DNA of 63,496 nt, counting the filler, from Choristocarpus tenellus KU-1152 (lineage: Eukaryota; Protista; Phaeophyceae), in NCBI GenBank assembly GCA_964200185.2. It is 11 parts of 11 records of this genome, joined end to end, with 100 filler letters (N's around TTAATTAATTAA, not from the genome) between each part and the next. Parts side by side here need not be neighbours in the genome. Positions count along the whole stretch, not along the records: positions 23,224 to 28,091 come from CAXNAD020012725.1; positions 28,192 to 30,938 come from CAXNAD020025089.1; positions 31,039 to 35,835 come from CAXNAD020013023.1; positions 35,936 to 41,532 come from CAXNAD020010293.1; 7 more parts are not named here. One strand, 5' to 3'. The notes beneath the pieces are model-generated. The model ran no database searches, had not been told where the DNA came from, and worked only from the letters and a program-made list of their open reading frames with translations. This document shows, piece after piece, positions 24,257 through 37,885 of this stretch. The translations under genes and the position numbers were made by a program. Position 1 is the first letter of the stretch. Each line of letters begins with the position of its first letter.

Positions 24257-27200
24257 TCATGCTACATCCATAATGAGTGCAACCCCTGCAAGTACCCAAC
24301 GTCCTGGAGGAGACTTGGTCTTGAGCTGGGCACAGAAAACAAATGTTGGCCCTCTCTGTTCTGTTTTATACACAGGACACTGATAAAGGCCCTGTGTATC
24401 AGTACGGTCCACTGACACGCCCTTGACACACATGATCGGCATAGCACAAAACATTTCCTTGGGCTGGGGGGGGGGAATGTTTGGGGACATGGGAGTTGGG
24501 CATATGGAACAGTATTAGGGGACACATTGCATACTGAAAGGCATGTTCCTGCTTTGCATAGGGTTCTTGAGTAGTTGTGAGCAGGTTCTCATTAGGCCTG
24601 CTCAATTGTTGGGGTGCATGCCCTGCAATATCTGTGTTGGCAAAACTGGATATGTCACAAAGATAGAAGGGCACGTTCACCAAGGCTCAAAGTAGGGACC
24701 AACCACCAGGGCCTCATGACAAATGTCCGCCCTCAAAAAGCATGCAATCCTCCTAGCGCAGTGATCCCCCCTCCAGCTCTAGATTGAAAGTATGTGGAAG
24801 CCAGATCATCACTCTCCAGTACCACATGCAAAGTCACCTTGCTTTTTTCAATGCTGCTGCCATTCATGTCCCAGCGAGCTCCCTGCATGCTGAGGCCAAT
24901 TATGTATACCCCGTCTTTGCTGTGTGAGTCAACCTCATCTACTGTCAGCTTTTTCAGCATTTCACTCTGGGTCTGCAGCTTGTCCAGTTCCCATTGGTTC
25001 TTTTGTGCAGTCACCTAGTTTGGGTTTGATACTGTTTCGTGAGAGACTTGAATTTTTCTGGTAGGGATCACTGACAATGCCTGCTGACTCTGAATCTGAA
25101 TATCTGGATCTGAACTTATTGCGATGTGTTTACATAACCAAACCACTCTCTTCATTGGGGTAGATAAAAGGAAGGAGAACACTAAAAATACACTATATTT
25201 ATTCATATTAATGTGCCTCTTTCTGATCATTGTGCTTTGGAGACAGAAACTGTGCAAAATAGAGGGGAAACACTCCCTTCTATCAACTTTTTATCACTAG
25301 CCTGGAAGTATGACAACAGTTGTACTCCGGAGTATATTATTGTTGACATATCACACTTGGGGTTGGGGTACTCCGTCGGACTCACCTGACAGATTGCTGT
25401 GAGGAAGGACTGAGGATTTACCAGCCCAGAAATCCATGTCACCTTTGGAATCTAAAGAGGCAACATGTGGGGTGAAAAAAAGGTTGATTGCTGTGTTGGC
25501 ATCGAGAATAGAGAATGAGGACACATGAGCGACAGGTATATCCATTTGCATTTTATTTGGGTCACAGGCGGATGATTGGAGGGACAACAAGAAGTACTCC
25601 TGAGCTTAGACAAGATGCAAAAAAACCTGCTGCAGAGTGCATCCTATCATAATATTAAACTTTCAGCGAAATACAACATCTATACAGTTGAAGCTTGTGC
25701 TTGCAAACAGATGGGCACTGCATCTGCTAGTCTCACTTCATATTTTGGTGGCAGTTTCTAACATACCTCCATTGGGTTGTTTTGCCATTCATCAAGCTGT
25801 TGAAGGCGCAAAGTGAAGTTTGCAAGCCAGCTGGCCAGAGGGCGCAGGCTTGGCCATGCTCGTTTTGCCCAAGAGGCAGGTATCTGAGTATTTCAGAGGG
25901 ACAAGTAGGCCAGGTTTTCTTGTCACTACTCAATACCCATGGGTAGTTGCAATCCTTACATACATGTGCATATATACTCCAGAGCATATATATATACATT
26001 ATGTTTTACCAAAAGTCCTACCGTGTGGATTGTCCTTCTATGTGTTTTACTGAGAATATATAGAGTGAGAAATGGCAGGGGGAAGGGGGAGGAACTTCCA
26101 TCTTCACCTTGTGTCAATGCAATAGTACCATTATATGTCATTAGCTATCGTCAGGCCATATTTCGATCTGACTGATCAAGTATGGCGGTGCAAATATCAT
26201 GGCAGCAAGGGAGGGGGAGTGTGGCACAGAGCAGAGTTGAATTGCAAGGCGGAAAAAAAATGTAATGGGTTTGTAAGGACATTGGTGCATGACCTTTTTA
26301 ATACCAGTGTGTTACATTTAGCAATAACTATTTGTGTTATTGGAGAGTGGATAATGTAGATGATGTCTTGGGGTGATTTACCACTCTGAGATGGACCCAG
26401 GCCACATTTCAGCACACCCTCACCTTATCCAAATAGAGTGCGTTCATGAGACTTTCCATGGCATCTGACATCGTAAGCTCTCCAGCAAATCCAAGCTGAA
26501 GCTCCTTTAAAGATCTTACCATTTCCGTCAAGAGAGTGTTCATCACATCCATTTCCTAAGGGCAAGAATGGTCAGCATGTTAGACAATGCATTGAACAAT
26601 GCCACAATGAATCTCCTCAAGAGAGGTTGTCACCATGGTGCTTGTTCCTGTTTCACACATTTTACACTTTTCATGTATTTATCTGGGGTCCTGTAACCTT
26701 TTCAGCCAAGGGGTCAATAAGAGGATCTATAAAGGTTCCTATATTTCTTGTTTCAGGTTGCAGAAGATTGCCATAGCACTTCCCAGCTCTTAGACGCATC
26801 TTAGTTTCAAAGTTCACTTCACTTCTGGTACCATGAGCGACAGATTAGGAAAAAATCAAATCTGCATTATTTCGGCTTGGCTCTGACCCTTGTTCAAGCC
26901 TAGCATCAAGTCACAAGCCATAACTCAAGTCCTTATTCTCAAGCTGCACCAATTGGACCCATCAGAACAAGGAAGGTCCCACACGCAACTGCATCCTAGT
27001 AAGTAGCCACAGCTGTTTGAAACATTTAGTCATGACTATCAAAGTGAAGCCTTGCATCGCCTCACAACTATCATTGACACGAAGGTGCAGCAAGGAGGAG
27101 TACATATAGTCACCGAAGTCCTTACTCTTTGCACAAGATATTTTCACACAAAGGTATATCCAAAATGAAACATCTACCATGTTCTAGTGGAAACCAACCT

Positions 27201-27580
27201 GCAACTACATTGTGCAAGTACATACCATCGTATACTACACCAATCAAAAACCTCTCCATCCTCTCCAAGTGTTGTTTTGCTGTGTTTGATCACAAGGTAT
27301 TTGACAAAGGACCTCAGGTGGGAAGTATATATATATATATATGGTACCGTTCTTGATGCCGGTAGATATTTCAAGTGTAGTTGTATTCTCAGGCCCTCAC
27401 CTGCATAAACACATTCTGGTATGGCCCAGCCTCCTCCAATGAGCGTGAAATGTCTTCTACATCAAACTTTTTCTCGCCAAACTTATCCAGTATGCTCTCT
27501 GACATTGATCCTACCATTTGCTCTGGAGACTGGACACCTTCTCCTGAGCTAGCATCTCTGGGTTGGAGTTCCATAAGAGT
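24257..27580 (-). CDS. Axonemal dynein heavy chain (outer-arm alpha/beta-like), 3' exons, partial
   Basis: In-frame GT-AG exons 27580-27401, 26555-26424, 25883-25767, 25451-25386, 25014-24838, 24463-24257 encode GPYQNVFMQ|EMDVMN...ELQLGFAGELTMSDAME|IPASWAKRAWPSLRPL|VTWISGLVNPQSFLTA|GVYIIGLSMQGARWD|YQCPVYKTEQRGPTFVF...WVLAGVALIMDVA*. Confidence 0.96.
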
Positions 27581-27698
27581 CTACTCTCGATAACAACAAT
27601 ATAACCAGACGGTGCACCCCATATGTGCAACACCCAGTACCAGTTCATCCAGTAAGGTGTCAAAGGAGGTTTTAAATGTTAGTAATGGTACCTTATAT

Positions 27699-27955
27699 GA
27701 GTGAAAGTATCTTAGAGGGTCGAGCTTTGCCCCGTTTGTCCATTTGGGGATTGGCTTCCCACGGGTTCTTTTATGACATTTTCCTACCCCAAAATGTTTA
27801 GGAATAGGTAAAGTGTGTATGTTATGAAAAGGTGTGTTCAGAACATGGATATTGGCACTTCCTAACAAACACAATAACCAAAATTACATCAAAATCACAA
27901 CATTGGATTTTGACCCTCAAATGGACGCGCTCTACCCTCTAAGATACTTTGGCTC
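27699..27955 (-). mobile_element. Sola2-like MITE copy B (dynein intron)
   Basis: GAGTGAAAGTATCTTAGAGGGT ... ACCCTCTAAGATACTTTGGCTC; no TSD visible, followed by an (AAG)n microsatellite. Confidence 0.85.
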
Positions 27956-28191
27956 AAGAAGAAGAAGAAGAAGAAGAAGAATTATCCAGGTTGATAAGAT
28001 AATATCGTGATCATCTTTCTTGTTAGAGGTGGTACGTATGTATGTAGCGGCCAAACTTTGTACCATACTAGGCGGCGTCTACCTACTACTCNNNNNNNNN
28101 NNNNNNNNNNNNNNNNNNNNNNNNNNNNNNNNNNNTTAATTAATTAANNNNNNNNNNNNNNNNNNNNNNNNNNNNNNNNNNNNNNNNNNNN

Positions 28192-30938
28192 CTGCTGTTA
28201 CAGCACAGCAGCAGCAGCATAGGCAGGCTGTGGGAGGGGGGGGGGGTATGGGTGTGGGTGGGATCCCTTCTAGTTCTCCTCCTGGAGGGCCTGTTTTGGT
28301 GCAGGTGAGGGAGTGGAGAAAGTGGCTATAGGTGGTGATGTGCATGTTTGGGTGTGTTGGCCAGTTTATTTGTACCTTTAAGTGTTGTTTTTGTCTACCC
28401 ATGATGTGTGAGAAGTGTTTTGTTCTGGATTGCTTTAATATAGTTTGATATAGTACGATGTTTTTCGGTGTGTTGATGAATCATGAATCAAGCAAGGGAT
28501 GAGTTCCCTTTTTTATACAATACATTCCCTTTTTCCAATTTTTTGTTGATGCAAGCAAGGTAAAGTATCAAGCTGAACCCAGATCCCACCCCAGCAATGG
28601 TATTTGAAGTGATGTGCAGCAGCAGATCAGGAAATTTCATTGATTAAGGGGTACTTTATCCTCACTTTCAAAGATTGCTTCTTGCTGGCTGTTGATGCTT
28701 AGGTGGCACCGGTTGTGTTATCTGTGTGTACTTTACACTTTGCTGCTGTGGCATCTGATCAATTTCTCAAGTTAAATTATTCATCTTGACCCCTACGGTT
28801 GCACTGCCTACTATTTTTGATCTTGTCCTACCTGGCAAATCTTGGATGCAAAACTCCCACTATGGGGGGTTCCTTATTCTTCTGCCATCTCAGGTGCCAG
28901 GGGGGGCACATGCTTACGGAGCAACGAAAAACCACAACTATGTGAGAAAAAGGCCTTTGCTGCAAATCAGTTGCCACAGAACGAGCCCTCTATCCTTTCT
29001 GTACTATTGTTCTTCTAATGTGTACTATTCTAATTTGTAGAAATTTCATTGCTGCTCCTCCCACTCTTACCCAACTCTATCTCCCTAGCAGCCTGTTTGG
29101 CCACTTTCTATTGATTGTTTTTGGAACACCTCTGAACTTACCACATTTCATATCTTGATGCTTATTATGCCCATCAGTTGTTGGTAGTGGTCAATGTGTC
29201 AATTTCTGTACTCTTCTGGGTACAAAAAACTTGTGTTGGCATATTAACCAATAGAATATTGTTGTGTCCATTGTTTGTTACTTTTGATGGTGAACACCTG
29301 TTGCATCTTGTTCAAGATCTCTCAGATACCCTTGTGCTGTTGCCTTGAGTGATGAGAAGTGTCACAATAATTTTTTGTGTAGCATACCATTGTTTGCCTA
29401 GTTTCAAGCAGTCCTAGCTGCAGAACATTTCTATGGCAAACAATGAGCGGTTGCTGGCCTTATGTTGCTGTTTACTTCTTATCTCCCAACTTCTTCCCTA
29501 CCTGAGTGTGGACGTATTTGTCAGCACCACTGAGGTCTCTTAGATACTAGAGTGTTGTTCCACCTTGGTTAGGGTTAGGGTAATCCTTGCACAAGTTTTC
29601 CAAATTTGTTCTGTAAGGCTACAGTAACATTACGACTCTTTCTAGTAGATATCCTATAGCTATCTACTTTGTCTAAGGATTGATTGTCAGATATTCTTGT
29701 TTGTATGCCATGTTCTTTTGTCAACTCCTGTGTTGTAAACCTCCCCCCCTGTACCCCCTTGCCCTACTCACTGATGCGATTTCTGCCTTTTCCTGGCTGT
29801 CTACAGCGCACTCATGTCCCATATATGCCAAACAATGGGACACAGACTGGGTATTCATCTTCGGGACATGTCATGGTGCCACAAGGAGTGCATCACCCCA
29901 CCCAGCGGGTCAGTACCAGGACATGCCATGTGTGCATGCCATGAAGTGTGTCAGTAGGGAGCAATATGTGTATGCTGATTGATGACAATTCTACTTAAGT
30001 GTTCGTGGGAACGAGAAAGTATCTCGGGAGTATATTAGAACTAAAGCAATGACTTAGAACTAGGGCTATGATTGGTAAAACCTCCTATTGGTTGGTAGAT
30101 TGAGGGGGTATTCTCCTCTCCTATGCTGTTTTTGTCTCTTTTTGTGTAGGAACACCCTGGTCACATTTGGTTTGACCAAAGGGGTGATATGTGCCCTGTG
30201 CTTGTTGTGGAGAACCTCACATGTGTTTTTTCCTTGAGGATACAAACTAAATTCACAGGGGCCCTTTTTTTCACTGATGCACCCTGCAGAAACAGTTAAA
30301 TCATTTCACTAGGGTATCCTGCTTCATTTACTACACCATAAGATATTTTTTCACCTTTTTGAAACTGTTTTTCCTGTTTCCTCCTCTTTCCCCCCAAACT
30401 CCATACTACTAGTACTATATTTGAGAGGAGAACCGTTCACCTGCCGGCTTTCAAGTAGTCAGTTTGCACCTCCAAATGTTCCTTAATGTGAGGTTCATTT
30501 TTATGGTGTTCCATTTCATTGAGTCGCTCAGCTTGGCTCCCCATTCCCCCCTTACACTCCATATTGCCTATTTTACTCACTTCTCATTTCCTGCCCCATT
30601 TAAAAAATATGTATCTCCTGGATGCAACTCTCATACTACTATATTTTGTCTAGGTGCAGCCAGAGGGTGGCATGCTACCAATGGGCCAACAGAATTCCCA
30701 TCACCATGGACAGGGACAGGGACAGGGACAGCCCCACTTGGGGGGGGGTACCCTGCACACCCCAAACCCCTCTTCTGCTGCCACCCACAGTAGGGCTAGT
30801 GTTGACCTTCTGATGATGCTTGGGCTGGATAAACAGCCACGTTCTGGAGTGTCTACAGGGGCTGGGGGGTTGGGCGATGGGGTTGGAGGGAATGGGGGTG
30901 GGGACAGGCAGCACCAGCAGTTTGCCTTTCATGAGCAC
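28192..30938 (+). CDS. Internal exons of a Gly/Gln/His/Pro-rich low-complexity protein (partial)
   Basis: Phase-0 GT-AG exons <28192-28303 (..GGPVLVQ), 28894-28941 (VPGGAHAYGATKNHNY), 29807-29908 (RTHVPYMPNNG...HHPTQR) and 30654->30938 (VQPEGGMLPMGQQNSHHHGQGQG...) splice in frame. Confidence 0.6.
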
Positions 30939-31390
30939 NNNNNNNNNNNNNNNNNNNNNNNNNNNNNNNNNNNNNNNNNNNNTTAATTAATTAANNNNNN
31001 NNNNNNNNNNNNNNNNNNNNNNNNNNNNNNNNNNNNNNGGGGATCAAGTGCGTTTTTCAGGCGTGGGCATTGTGTTTGCACATGTTGCTTGAAGTTCGAA
31101 GATAGGGGTGTTGAAATGACTTGAGATGACCAAAATCCACAGCTTGTCACTTTGCGATGGTTTCTCCCTATGATATCATGTGCACAGAGTAGTACGTGTA
31201 CGTCCCCTCTTTTTTTTTTTAATACTTAAATAAATCGTAATATTTTATTTTTATTTTTCTGAGTGTGTAAGAAAGTATGTATATATATAAATATAGATCG
31301 TTGTGAACACTGTTTTTCAATTGTTTTCCCTCTTGCACTTTTTTTTCAAGTTGTTGAGCATCGTGTCCCACCCTCCTCTTTCACCTGTTT

Positions 31391-31445
31391 TGTGATCTGT
31401 GATCTGTGATCTGTGATCTGTGATCTGTGATCTGTGATCTGTGAT
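31391..31445. repeat. (TGTGATC)8 minisatellite
   Basis: Perfect 7-bp tandem units. Confidence 0.95.
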
Positions 31446-34400
31446 ACTATTCCCTAACCCTAACAGCTCTCTGTTGTACCGTTGTTGCACAGTACAGTAG
31501 TAACTGTAGTAGGTTATGTTTTTTTTTAATGACTGTTTTGGGGGGAAGGGGTGGAGTGCCTGGAGAGGTTTGACTAATTTAGTTGTTGGGATGGTATGGA
31601 GATAAGAGTAACTGTTTACTGACCGATTATTGTGTACTGGTTTATTTTTTGGTGATGGTTTCATTTACAGGTGGTCGTAATAACATTCCGTTCTGTCATT
31701 TCTTCAAGAGAGTGTTTTAGTCACTGAAGAGTGCCCAGGTTTCCAGTGGGCCACCTCTGATACCCCCATCCATGATTCAAAACCACTGGAAGGGACTACT
31801 CTTTTTCCTCATTAGCATCGTGTTTTGTAAGAGCAAACCCTCAACTGCATCCTCTCCTATAGTGTATCGCAATATATTGCTTTGTACCGTCAACAAGGCA
31901 TGTGACAAGAAGGAAGAGCCACAAGCATAGGTGAGGCATTGTTCAGGTCAGGTTCATTTTGAGTGAAGCGGAATAGTGGGCGCAGGATACCCTTCTTGCC
32001 AGGGTATGGTTCCAGAACCAATAGGGAGGTAGGGACTTGTTTTGTTCGTGCGACATGTTACGTGTACTACTAAGAAAGAGGGGCTTTTGTTGGTCAAGTG
32101 GTAGCTCACCCATTTCTGTCGTAGGACTATCAAGGTTCAAACCCGGTTGACGTTAGTTTTTTTCAGGGAAGTTGGGTTTTGATGTTGAGGATGCGGCGAG
32201 ACCCCTATAGAATGTTACACCATCCTTTCGCTAAACCGCATTTTTTCTAAAAAGGATGCAGAAAGGCTCGACCGAGGTAGCAAGGCTTCATTGCACGCAG
32301 AGGTGAAAGCTACAACACAAGACTTGTGGTGGGAGGCGGAACGACCAGCGGTGGGTGGGGTGGCTGAATCCAACCCTGGACAAAAGAAAGCTAGGCATGC
32401 ACGGGACACTCACGGGACAGTTCGATTTAGTTCTTTTGAATGGAAAGTAGCGCAGTGTGCAGGACCTCTAATGATAGGTCAGTCCAGGCAAAGGCAGGGT
32501 CGAGCTAGGTTCCTAGTCACAGACTGAAGTGTGGGGAAAATGTAGTGATAATGATCATTTGCACATTGCTTAGGTAAGGATGATCTCAGCACTCGCTGCC
32601 GTAAGCTGAAAATACCTGTAAGTAATGATGATGGTACTTATTGAGAAGATCGGCCTGGGTCATGTGTAGAGTACGGTGGACATAATTTTCTCCTCAGTCA
32701 ATACTAGTATCTACCTGATGGTGAAAAGGTGGTGTTGTGATGATACAGTACTTCGAACCCACGCTGCAAATAATAGGAACAAGACACCCAATGGAAAAGA
32801 TACACACATTGGACAGGGCAAGATAGAGCTAACGTCCAAGTATTTTCGAGAATAGAACATAGTAACTACCCCGTCATACCACACGAAAGCGACTTTGCTA
32901 TTCATGCCACTCAATAATAAACAGTCATGACATTCACCCACACGTGATTATGTGCCCCTGTTGAAAAGCATTGGTACCTGAGGGGTCAAATCCTGACTGG
33001 CCCGCTCTTCCCCTCTCAATGCTCAAAATCCGTGTCCGTGTATGTAATGACATCATCGAAGTATGAACAATGAAAAGGATTCAAATGCTATTCCTCAGCC
33101 CCGACATGAACAGTTCCTCACTCAACCTCAACGTCAACCTCCACCCCCCGTCCTTCCTGATCCCTTACTTGCTTTCAGAATCCCTCAATGCTCCAGAGTG
33201 CAATGGAGAGAAACGCAGGGCAGGAGTACCGAGCGGTAGTCTTACTTCTTACGTGGTCAGTGAAATTTCTCAGAAATTTACAGTGCAATGACAAAATCCA
33301 TGACTTCCTCGGACGTAGTAAGATGAAAAAACCATGGAGATTTCTGGCATTAAAAAAAAAAAGGTGTCGAAGGGAAGTGCAACTTTTGTGCATTGTGATG
33401 TCTATACCCCAAACAGTGAACAACGTTAAGCTCCATGCACAAAACAGAGCCGCCATCCCATACATGGAAAAAAAAAGGAAGTTAAGGGTTTAAGACTTGA
33501 ACGGTTCACATCGTATCTGAGCAAACACTGAACAACGTTTCAAACAAATAAATGGAGTCATCTGGTGCAATGAAAAGCACTAAACTTAGAAAAAGAAATC
33601 ACTACTACTATGACAGATCGATTACTCTAGAGCACTCACTGTACAAATCCATCTGCACAAGAAAGATTTCCAAAAAATAAAAGTCGACATGACGATCAGT
33701 AGTATTACGTCACACACTGGGGAATAGAATCAGAAGAGAGCAGTTGCACAGTAGTGGGAAGGGAGTGCTCAATTGCAAAAAAAAAGAATATACACAGCCG
33801 GGAAATGCACACCGAAACAAAAGGTGTTAGCAAACAGGGCGTCATTACATGTTGACAATAATAAAAAAATAGTGAGAGAGAGAGAGAGAGAGAGAGATGA
33901 ACCTTGTGAGTAGTACAGTAGTGTTTATTAATATTTCCGCTTCCACTTCTTATTGGATGAACATCCAGGCAAGGAATACAAATACGTCTATCATGCTATG
34001 TAGTACATACACAGAGAGACGACAACAAAAAGATGGAATGGAAAAAACAACAAAAAGGCACACACATGGACGTTACCGCTGCTCCTTCACAATCAGTAGA
34101 GCATCAATGCTCATTGGTTGGCTCTCTTCGCAATGTTCAAAAAATTGCCATGAGAACTCAACACTCACACGCTAAACCCACCCAACACCCCCCACTACTC
34201 AGAATGATACAGGCAACTGAGCCAGCGCAACCAGGGGGTCCCACAATAACCAGGAGCACGCCCAACTGCACCACCCACCAACTAGACGGTTCACAATTGC
34301 ATTTTCCAGTCTCATCCTTGACTCCCCCAACACGCTTGGGTGCACATCGCCTCCCTCGTCTCCAACCAAATACTACACGAGGGCAAGATCCCCCCCACTA

Positions 34401-35591
34401 ATCTCGACCTTCTACCCTACATTTTGAGGAAAACAACAGGCGTGGCTGGCCCCTCTTTCCCCTAACCATCCACCCCCCACCCTCTTCCTCGCTAAAAAAA
34501 ACACCGTGTAAGATCCAGACCACGACCTGTGCCCTCATCCTTTGTTGGGTCACAGCTGAGAATAAGAAAACAAAAGGAAAAACATATTTGCTTGCCACAC
34601 CAAAAACATCACTCTCTCTAATGCCCACGTGTACTCATCCTTACGTCTCAGCCCTGGGGAAAAAAAATGTACTCACAACTACTACACTAACTGGTTAGGG
34701 AGCTACAACGCATTATCACAGGTAAATTGGATCACAACTTGACTGCAAATTTGAATCCAGCACAATCGGTGGGAAGGTACTGTTCCAACAAGAAGCACAA
34801 CGTGCACCTCTTGCCCGGATCACCAACGCCTACTGTGCCTACCACAACAGTGTGCCCATTCCCCACTCCCCACTCCCCTTAAATATGCCCAATTCTCGGT
34901 CTCTGCATGCCACAGCCAACCCTGTACAAACTGGTGAACCACCCACTACCAACACAACCCAACCCTGCCCTCGCCCTGGCGCACAACAGTTTCAAACATC
35001 GTCAGCCCTTGGCCCTGACAACTGAAGACCATGCACCCACCGCCTTGGCAACTCGTTGGTAGCTGGTCTAATTGCATACGAGATGATCAGGATCAATCGC
35101 CTGCCCAATGTAAGCCCAGTTCCCTGGCAACAGAATCTCCAGAACCCTGCCGAGAGACCCTTGGGCAATGCCTTCTTCTCTCACCAACCACCAACCATCT
35201 TCTGGCAACCTCCACCTTGAAGCGCCCTCGATCGTTGCTGATCCATTGCCTGCCCCCCTTGTGCCCCAGCCCCAGTCCAAGTTTTCTCATGCAATAACCC
35301 CACACACACAGAGGCTTTTATACCCCCCCCACCAATATCACTAGCACACAACATGCACATACCCCCCTCCCCCATTGTCCAGCTAGCTTTCCCCATTCCA
35401 CCTGTTCAGCCCCCCCACCCCCCTACCTAACATCCTTCCGCAACGACAAAAACGCTTGTGGATCCTCCTTTAGCTTCAAAGGGCCAAATTGCTCCTTGAG
35501 CAATAACTTAACTCCCTCCCTCCCTCCCTTCCCCCCCCTCCCCTCCCCGCGCTGCCCCGGTGGCATTGCAGGGTAACCAAACAAATCAAAT

Positions 35592-35690
35592 TTATCGAGC
35601 ATCCGTCAACCACGGGTGTTGGCGCAATTCAGTGAGTGTTGGACGTCGACTCGGATCGTACCAGAGGCACCACTGAATCAAATGCAATGC
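35592..35690 (-). CDS. Terminal exon of a Ser/Thr protein kinase (subdomain XI)
   Basis: CAG|ALHLIQWCLWYDPSRRPTLTELRQHPWLTDAR* matches the DPxxRPTxxxLxxHPW motif. Confidence 0.85.
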   Translation of the reverse strand, partial: ALHLIQWCLWYDPSRRPTLTELRQHPWLTDAR

Positions 35691-35974
35691 CTGCCAAGGT
35701 GAAAACAACACAAGGTCGTTGTGTTGGACGCATATAATAAGTTGGCAAACAGATATCAAAGGGTACACACGAATATGGGGAATGAGGGGGGGGGGGGGGG
35801 GGAGCGGGGGAGAGGAGGGGGTGGGAAGGCAGAGANNNNNNNNNNNNNNNNNNNNNNNNNNNNNNNNNNNNNNNNNNNNTTAATTAATTAANNNNNNNNN
35901 NNNNNNNNNNNNNNNNNNNNNNNNNNNNNNNNNNNGAGCTCCCCGCCCGGGTCCGCCCCCCCCCCCCCCCCCCC

Positions 35975-36215
35975 GGTACGAGTTTTGCCATGTTTGTCCA
36001 TTTAGGGCTTGGCTTTCCGTGGGTTTATTTATGACATTTTCCCACACCAAAATGTTTCGGAGTAGGTCAAATGTATACGATATGAAAATGTGTGCCCGGA
36101 ACAAGAATACTGACACTTCCTAACAAACACGGTAGCCAAAATTACATCAAAATCGCAACATTGGATTTTCGCCCCCAAAATGGACGCGGCCCTACCCTCT
36201 TAGATACGTTGACTT
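35975..36215 (-). mobile_element. Sola2-like MITE copy C, one end replaced by a poly-C tract
   Basis: Internal sequence collinear with copies B and F; right end TACCCTCTTAGATACGTTGACTT. Confidence 0.8.
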
Positions 36216-36229
36216 GAATGTGACTTATA

Positions 36230-37885
36230 GGATCGAACTAGAGCAGAAGAGATGCCTGGTGGTTGTTGTTTGAATGACAGTTGGGTGGAGGCCGTGTTAC
36301 TCCCTGGACGCAGGGCAATTTACACCAAAATAGATTCACTAGCACAAGTTCAATGAATTTGGTAAGGTAGTGAGATACAAGGCATGTCTAGTAGCAACAG
36401 GATTTTCATGAGACTAAGGATTTGGATTTTTTGTGATACCTTTGCCCTGACGACATGGCCTGTACGTTTAAGAGTGGTTTTTGGCATTAACTGCAGGCAA
36501 GGAATTGCAGGACTGGGATATGAAGCAGAAATTTTATTGGAGCAGAAACCAGAAAATAAAATTTCTTCGTTTGTGTGGTGGATGTAATTTAAGGTCTGAA
36601 AACGTTGTACGTTTGGTCAAAGCTCTTTATGGCACCAAACAGGCTAACAGGGAGTTTGGCAATTTGTTAAGTGCACGTTTTAGAACAGTGTGGTTTTGAG
36701 CAATGCAGAGCAGATCCCTGTGTGCTACGCTATTTAAAAGGTGGCGTTGTTTGTGCGGTGATAGCCCCTTTTTTGTAGCCGGTATAAAATTCATTTTGAT
36801 TTAGGTTCGTTCCAGGATTAAAGAACTGTTTTCCATAGAAGATTTTGGTGACCTTGAGTATTTTATGGGTTGTGAGATTTCAGGTGACACAATTGCACAG
36901 ACTGTCGCCATCAGTCAGAATAGGTTCATTAAGACTATTTGTCAAAGATTTGGTATGGATGGGGCAAAGAAGAGGTCGCTCCCCCATGATCTCTCAAGGA
37001 CTTTGGACAAGAGTGAGGATCATCCAAGTGTTTGATATAAATACACCTATAGGCAGTTCAACCAACTGTCAGGAACTGATCTATGATACCTTGTAAGGAC
37101 TCCACCCCACTTTGGGGCTTACAGCTCTGTTTTTGTTAAGAGAGTGAGCATAGATCCAGTCAAGGATCACATATGCTCCAAACACCAAATAATGCAAACG
37201 CCTCAGCTATGTTAGGAAAATCCTCCGTGCTGTGTCTACACACCGTACAGAGAGGAAGTTGGTAATTTGATGTGGGCATCTGCGATGACTAAGCTAGACA
37301 TTGCAAATGCAGTTCGTGAAGTTGTGAAGTACAGTAGTAATCCCAAGTCACACATTGGCATGCAGTGAAGTGTATTATTGCACCTTTGAATACGTGTCCC
37401 AATGTTGGATTGAGCTTTAGTGATTCTGATACTGAGTGTGAGTTGAATGCATATGCTGATGCTAGTTATGCTGGAGACTGTAATAGTTGTTGATCAGTGA
37501 CTGGAGGAGCAATATCTTGGATGTCAAAGGTACAAAAGGTTGTAGCTCTGTCTTCCACGGAGAGTGAGTATATATCTCTTAGCAGTGTGGCACAGGAATT
37601 GTTTTTCTTGAGAAGTGTTTTTGAGTTTATTAGCCACAGTTTTCTAGGCGTTGCATTGACATGTTTGAGGATAACGATCGTGCATGCAAAATAGTACGAA
37701 ATGCTACAAGCTCTACCGCAACAAAGCACAATGATGTCCGACACCATTTTCTGAGAGACTTTGCTAGAAAAGGAGAGATTTGTGTTGTTTTTGTCGGTAT
37801 TGCAAATCAGAAGGCAGATATGTTGACCAAAGAATTTGCCAGTCCGAGTTTTTAGACAACATGTGAAGTTTTTAATGGACAGTAA
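36230..37885 (+). mobile_element. Ty1/copia RT-RNase H remnant, heavily decayed
   Basis: VVRYKACLVA, VVRLVKALYGTKQA, DPCV, YADASYAGD, GGAISWMSKVQKVVALSSTESEYI, FEDN...TKHNDVRHHFLRD...NQKADMLTK. Confidence 0.93.
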
